A stretch of DNA of 64,000 nucleotides from Octopus vulgaris (taxonomy: Eukaryota), in NCBI GenBank assembly GCA_951406725.2, contig OX597820.1:107880001-107944000 (forward strand). Direction: 5' to 3'. Positions 59,384 through 64,000 of the stretch are shown in pieces; within the stretch, counting starts at the first letter, position 1, and every line of letters begins with the position of its first letter. The translations under genes and the position numbers were made by a program. The notes under the pieces are model-generated. The model was given only the letters and a program-made list of their open reading frames with translations. It was not told the DNA's origin and made no database searches.

Positions 59384-59431
<48 letters not shown>

Positions 59432-59524
59432 TATCAAAAATATATATATAATAATATTAGGGAATAAATCCAAACTTACAGGGAAAAATTAGATTTAGGA
59501 TTAAATCCAATTTTATAGTATAAA

Positions 59525-61240
59525 CTAGCAGTATCGCCCGGCGTTGCTCGGGTTTGTAAGGGAAATAACTATAAAGCATTTTTAGAGAGTTATAGCCAAA
59601 AAAATGGGAAAAAAATGATGCTAAAATTTTTTTAGTTAAAAAGGTCGAGTTGCGTCCCCTAGACAGTCTGTGGTTTGTGTTTCTGATTCTCGACTCCATG
59701 TCGAATTTATCGATTTTTTTCAGAAATGGGGGAACTTTTCAAAATTTTCGCTGCGTTAGTTTTGAATTATGACATTGGGCTATGTGTGTGTCAAGTTTCA
59801 TCAGAATCGGTTGAAAGCCGTGGTCAGGGTGAGGGTACAACCTGACAGACACACAGAAACACACACAGACAAACTGCCGTTTATATATAGAGAGATGAGG
59901 GGGACCTCTACATGGTAGCTAGACCTGGTAGAAATAGCAGCCAAATTTCCCCCAAATCACACCTTACTGTCTTATCTATGTATATATGTATGTATGAGCC
60001 TATGAGGGAGACCCCTACATGGCAGCTAGACCTGGTAGAAATAGCAGCCAAATTTCCCCCAAATCACACCTTACTGTCTTATCTATGTATATGTATGTAT
60101 GAGCCTATGAGGGAGACCCCTACATGGCAGCTAGACCTGGTAGAAATAGCAGCCAAATTTCCTCCAAATCACACCTTACTGTCTTATCTATGTATATATG
60201 TATGTATGAGCCTATGAGGGAGACCCCTACATGGCAGCTAGACCTGGTAGAAATAGCAGCCAAATTTCCCCCAAATCACACCTTACTGTCTTATCTATGT
60301 ATATATGTATGTATGAGCCTATGAGGGAGACCCCTACATGGCAGCTAGACCTGGTAGAAATAGCAGCCAAATTTCCCCCAAATCACACCTTACTGTCTTA
60401 TCTATGTATATATGTATGTATGAGCCTATGAGGGAGACCCCTACATGGCAGCTAGACCTGGTAGAAATAGCAGCCAAATTTCCCCCAAATCACACCTTAC
60501 TGTCTTATCTATGTATATATGTATGTATGAGCCTATGAGGGAGACCCCTACATGGCAGCTAGACCTGGTAGAAATAGCAGCCAAATTTCCCCCAAATCAC
60601 ACCTTACTGTCTTATCTATGTATATATGTATGTATGAGCCTATGAGGGAGACCCCTACATGGCAGCTAGACATGGTAGAAATAGCAGCCAAATCTCCCTC
60701 AAATCACACCTTACTGTCTTATCTTTCTGCTACTTGGATATAGGTGTTATATTTGTCGTAAAAAAACTTTCCTGTCACACACTCACGCACACGCACACAC
60801 ACACACACACACACACGCACCCTCACACACACACACACACGCGCACACCCACACACACCCACTCACACACACGCACGTTAGCTTACAATTTTATTTATAT
60901 ATTTGCGTGTCTGTGTGGAAAGAGGAAGTGGGAGGCAGAGTGAAAGAATCACTCACTACAGTAAGTGAATTACTTTCATTTTATTCGTTGCCCACTGTGT
61001 GTGTGCGTTTGCGTGTGCTGTAAACCAGACTAAGAAAAGCATTTGACACACACACCAGAATGTGAGTTTTCTGTAAATTTTGCTTAACTGGAGTTTAAAT
61101 TTTAAAAACTGGACCTGGCATGACGCGATGCATTGTACTCTTAAAAATGCAAGGTAAATTGTAATTGAAGAAATCCTATATTGTAGATTTGTATAACTCC
61201 CAAAGGGAGGCAGATAAAATCTGCCTTTTATAATAAGAGA
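59525..61240 (-). mobile_element. Chimeric Helitron copy 3 (B 5' end, 107 bp array, type A variant 59525-59895)
   Basis: Inserted between A59524 and T61241; the flanks rejoin into a repeat also seen intact at 62690-62790 and 54625-54730. Confidence 0.75.
59895..60724. repeat. 107 bp tandem repeat, 7 full units plus a partial unit
   Basis: Unit starts at 59895, 60002, 60107, 60214, 60321, 60428, 60535 and 60642; internal units almost identical. Confidence 0.97.
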
Positions 61241-62652
61241 TATATTATATTATATTATATTAAATTAGAGATAAAACCACTATTAGGCAAATCAAACAGT
61301 GAAAAACAAGCCAATACATAAAATTAATTTTAAAATATAAAAGTTAAAATTTTAAAAAATTATTTAAATAATTTAAACTTATAAATTTTAAATATATATA
61401 TATATATATGTGTGTGTGTATGTATGTATATTTTTATATTTATATATTATTTTATTTATTAATTAATTTATTTATTAATTAATTTTTTTTTATTATATAA
61501 ATATCAAAAGTATTAAAAGTTTAATAAAAGATGAAAAGTAAAACACTACGATTGTTACATGGCTGTACCAATTCGAATAACAATAATTTAAATTCAATTA
61601 ATAATTCGAATTATGGTTACAGTCAATCTTCAGGTTAATTGAAATATTTTTAAAATAATCAGAAATATTTAAACAATATTTTTAAGATATAAATAATATA
61701 ATAATTTTACTTATAATAAACTCTATTATCAAACTAGAAACTTAAAACTTAAGGATTCTGATTATATCAAAATCGATTATAATGTTAAATATTAATTTTA
61801 ATTTTAAGGTAAGAAACCCACCAATAATCTAATATCGGTAATAGTCTATATCTAATTACATAAATATTTTTTTTTATCAATAAAAATATATAAATATATA
61901 TAAATATTATAATTAAGATCTAAAATAATCTCTATAAATAAATATATATGCACATATAATAAAGACCTAATAAATTAATTTTTCATATTTAATGAAATAG
62001 CTAATTTCAAAAATACAAACAAACAAACTTAAACGAACTTTCGGAAATCTTATATTTAAAATACTTAAAGAAATAATCAATCCGTAGTTATATAGTATCG
62101 AATAAATACTATAAATATATTTATCAATGGAAATGAAACTAGCAAATATCAATTTAAGAAGACAATAACTAAGTAATGCTATTAAGTTACACATGGCCTG
62201 GACCAATCTTTGGTCAAAACATATCTAAGTTTATCTAAGTTTATCTAATTTTAATTATAAGAAATTTAAAACTACAATTAATGCTATTAATACATGTATA
62301 TACATAAACCTAACTTGAGACAACTCGTATACTTGCTATCAAACAACATATCTATCGCTAAGTAATATCTTACGAATAAACTTAAATTTAATATCTAATA
62401 ATTATACAGAAAATTACGATAATTAGATCATTACATAAACAACGATATTTACATAAGAAAAATATTATTACACCAAAGACTTATAAAATATTAAAATTTA
62501 CAATTTAAAGATCTTAAATATAAATAAATACTTATCTTAGCGAGGTTTTGTAATAAGAATTTTTTTAAATTTTAACTTTTATATTTTAAAATTAATTTTA
62601 TGTATTCACTGTTTGATTTGCCTAATAGTGGTTTTATCTCTAATTTAATATA

Positions 62653-62655
<3 letters not shown>
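61241..62655. mobile_element. AT-rich inverted-repeat element with a degenerate hammerhead; its left end is displaced to 59450-59524
   Basis: Arms ~61255-61360 / ~62555-62655; CTGAAGA...GTAAC aatc GTA at 61636-61544 (-). Confidence 0.6.
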
Positions 62656-62688
<33 letters not shown>

Positions 62689-62914
62689 TAATAATAATAT
62701 TAGGGAGTAAATCCAAACTTACAGGGAAAAATTAGATTTAGGATTAAATCAAATTTCACAGTATAAATATAAATTAAATTAGAGATAATTATATTTATTT
62801 TTATGTTTTGGTTTATGTTTTTCACGGTTTGATTTGCGTAATAGTGTTTTTATCTCTAATTTAATTTATATATATCATATATGTCATATATATATATATC
62901 ATATATATATATAT

Positions 62915-63515
62915 ATCATCATCATCTTCATCATCATCGTTTAATGTCCATTCTCCATGCTAGCATGGGTTGAACGGTTCGACCGGGGATCTGGGAAGCC
63001 AGAAGGCTGCACCAGGCTCCAGTCTTATCTGGCAGTGTTTCTACAGCTGCATGCCCTTCCTAACGCCAACCACTCCATGTAGTGGGTGCTTTTTACGTGC
63101 CACCTGCACAGGTGCCAGGCGAGGCTGGCAACGGCCACAATCGGATTGGTGCATTTTACGTGCCACCAGCACGGAAGCCAGTCGAGGCAGCACTGGCATC
63201 AGCCACGATTCGGTTGGTGCTTTTTACATGCCACCGGCACGGAAGCCAGTCAAGGCGGCGCTGGCATCGGCCACAATTCGGATAGCATTTCTTATGTGCC
63301 ACCGGCACGGAAGCCAGTCTAGGCGGCGCTGGCATCGGCCACCTTCACATGGTGCTTTTTACGTGCCACCGGCTCAGGGATCACAACTGCAGTTTCCATT
63401 GATTTTGATGTCAGTGTACTTGACTCAATGGATCTCCTCAAGCGCAGGTTCGAAAGGGTGTTTCTTCACTTGCCACCTGCACAGGAGTCAGTCCAGCAGT
63501 CTTGGCAACTGCCGG
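62915..63515 (-). mobile_element. RTE LINE 3' UTR with tandem repeats and (GAT)n tail
   Basis: Reverse complement matches the 3' UTR of 5872-6880 and 22495-23590. Confidence 0.85.
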
Positions 63516-63597
63516 GTACCAGTTATAGGATTGATTATATATATATGTATATATCATATATATATATATATATCATATATATATATATCATATATAT

Positions 63598-63638
<41 letters not shown>

Positions 63639-63697
63639 TATATATATATCATATATATATATAATATATATATATATCATATATATATATATGTGTA

Positions 63698-64000
63698 TAT
63701 CACGTGATCACGTGACCGACCAGACCATCAGATGTTGCTACACATCGCTGGTCGCAATGCATTCGCATTGTTTTAGCCTTCGAATGACGCCATCCCGCTG
63801 GCTAAGCGAGCAGGCCAACAGAAGAAAGAGAGGGAGAAAGAGTGGTGAAAGAGTACAGCAGGGATCACCACCCCCTGCCGGAGCCTCGTGGAGCTTTTAC
63901 GTGTTTTCGCTCAATAAACACTCACAACGCCCGGTCTAGGAATCAAAACCGCGATCCTACGACCGCGAGTCCGGTGCCCTAACCACTAGGCCATTGCGCC
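63698..64000 (-). mobile_element. tRNA-derived SINE; head at the window edge
   Basis: GGCGCAATGGCCTAGTGGTTAGGGC (A box) ... GGTTTTGATTCC (B-box-like), followed by a non-tRNA body. Confidence 0.8.

Noticed and set aside
59895-60724. CRISPR-like array or repeat-protein ORFs (MAARPGRNSS...)
   Set aside because: The units are identical end to end with no unique spacers, there are no cas genes and the context is eukaryotic; the ORFs are by-products of the 107 bp period.
63930-64000. tRNA gene
   Set aside because: A and B boxes are present, but the B box is degenerate and the sequence continues into a SINE body.

Overview
Eukaryotic, AT-rich, repeat-saturated genomic DNA, most likely a coleoid cephalopod (Octopus). 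This is inferred from the tRNA-derived SINE families, the RTE tails and the very long (TA)n/(CA)n tracts. The only host gene is a ZYG11-family (zyg-11/ZYG11B-like) CUL2 substrate receptor on the minus strand. I reconstructed 11 GT-AG coding exons (47281 down to the stop at 14211; 1128 nt, 375 aa, phases consistent); its 5' exons lie beyond the right edge. The rest is nested mobile DNA: Penelope-like elements (RT and GIY-YIG fragments), HERO- and R4/Dong-type RLE LINEs, RTE and CR1-like LINEs, SINEs, mariner/Tc1, hAT and piggyBac MITEs, Gypsy remnants and Helitrons. Most interesting structure not shown by the ORF track: (1) eight minimal hammerhead-ribozyme motifs, most beside Penelope-like or inverted-repeat elements, including two U3-A8 core variants; (2) three chimeric Helitrons (55.3-61.2 kb) sharing termini but carrying different cargo (a mariner fragment or a 107-bp array); (3) several near-perfect foldbacks, including a 68-nt intronic hairpin. 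All family calls come from motif recognition by eye; no searches were run.
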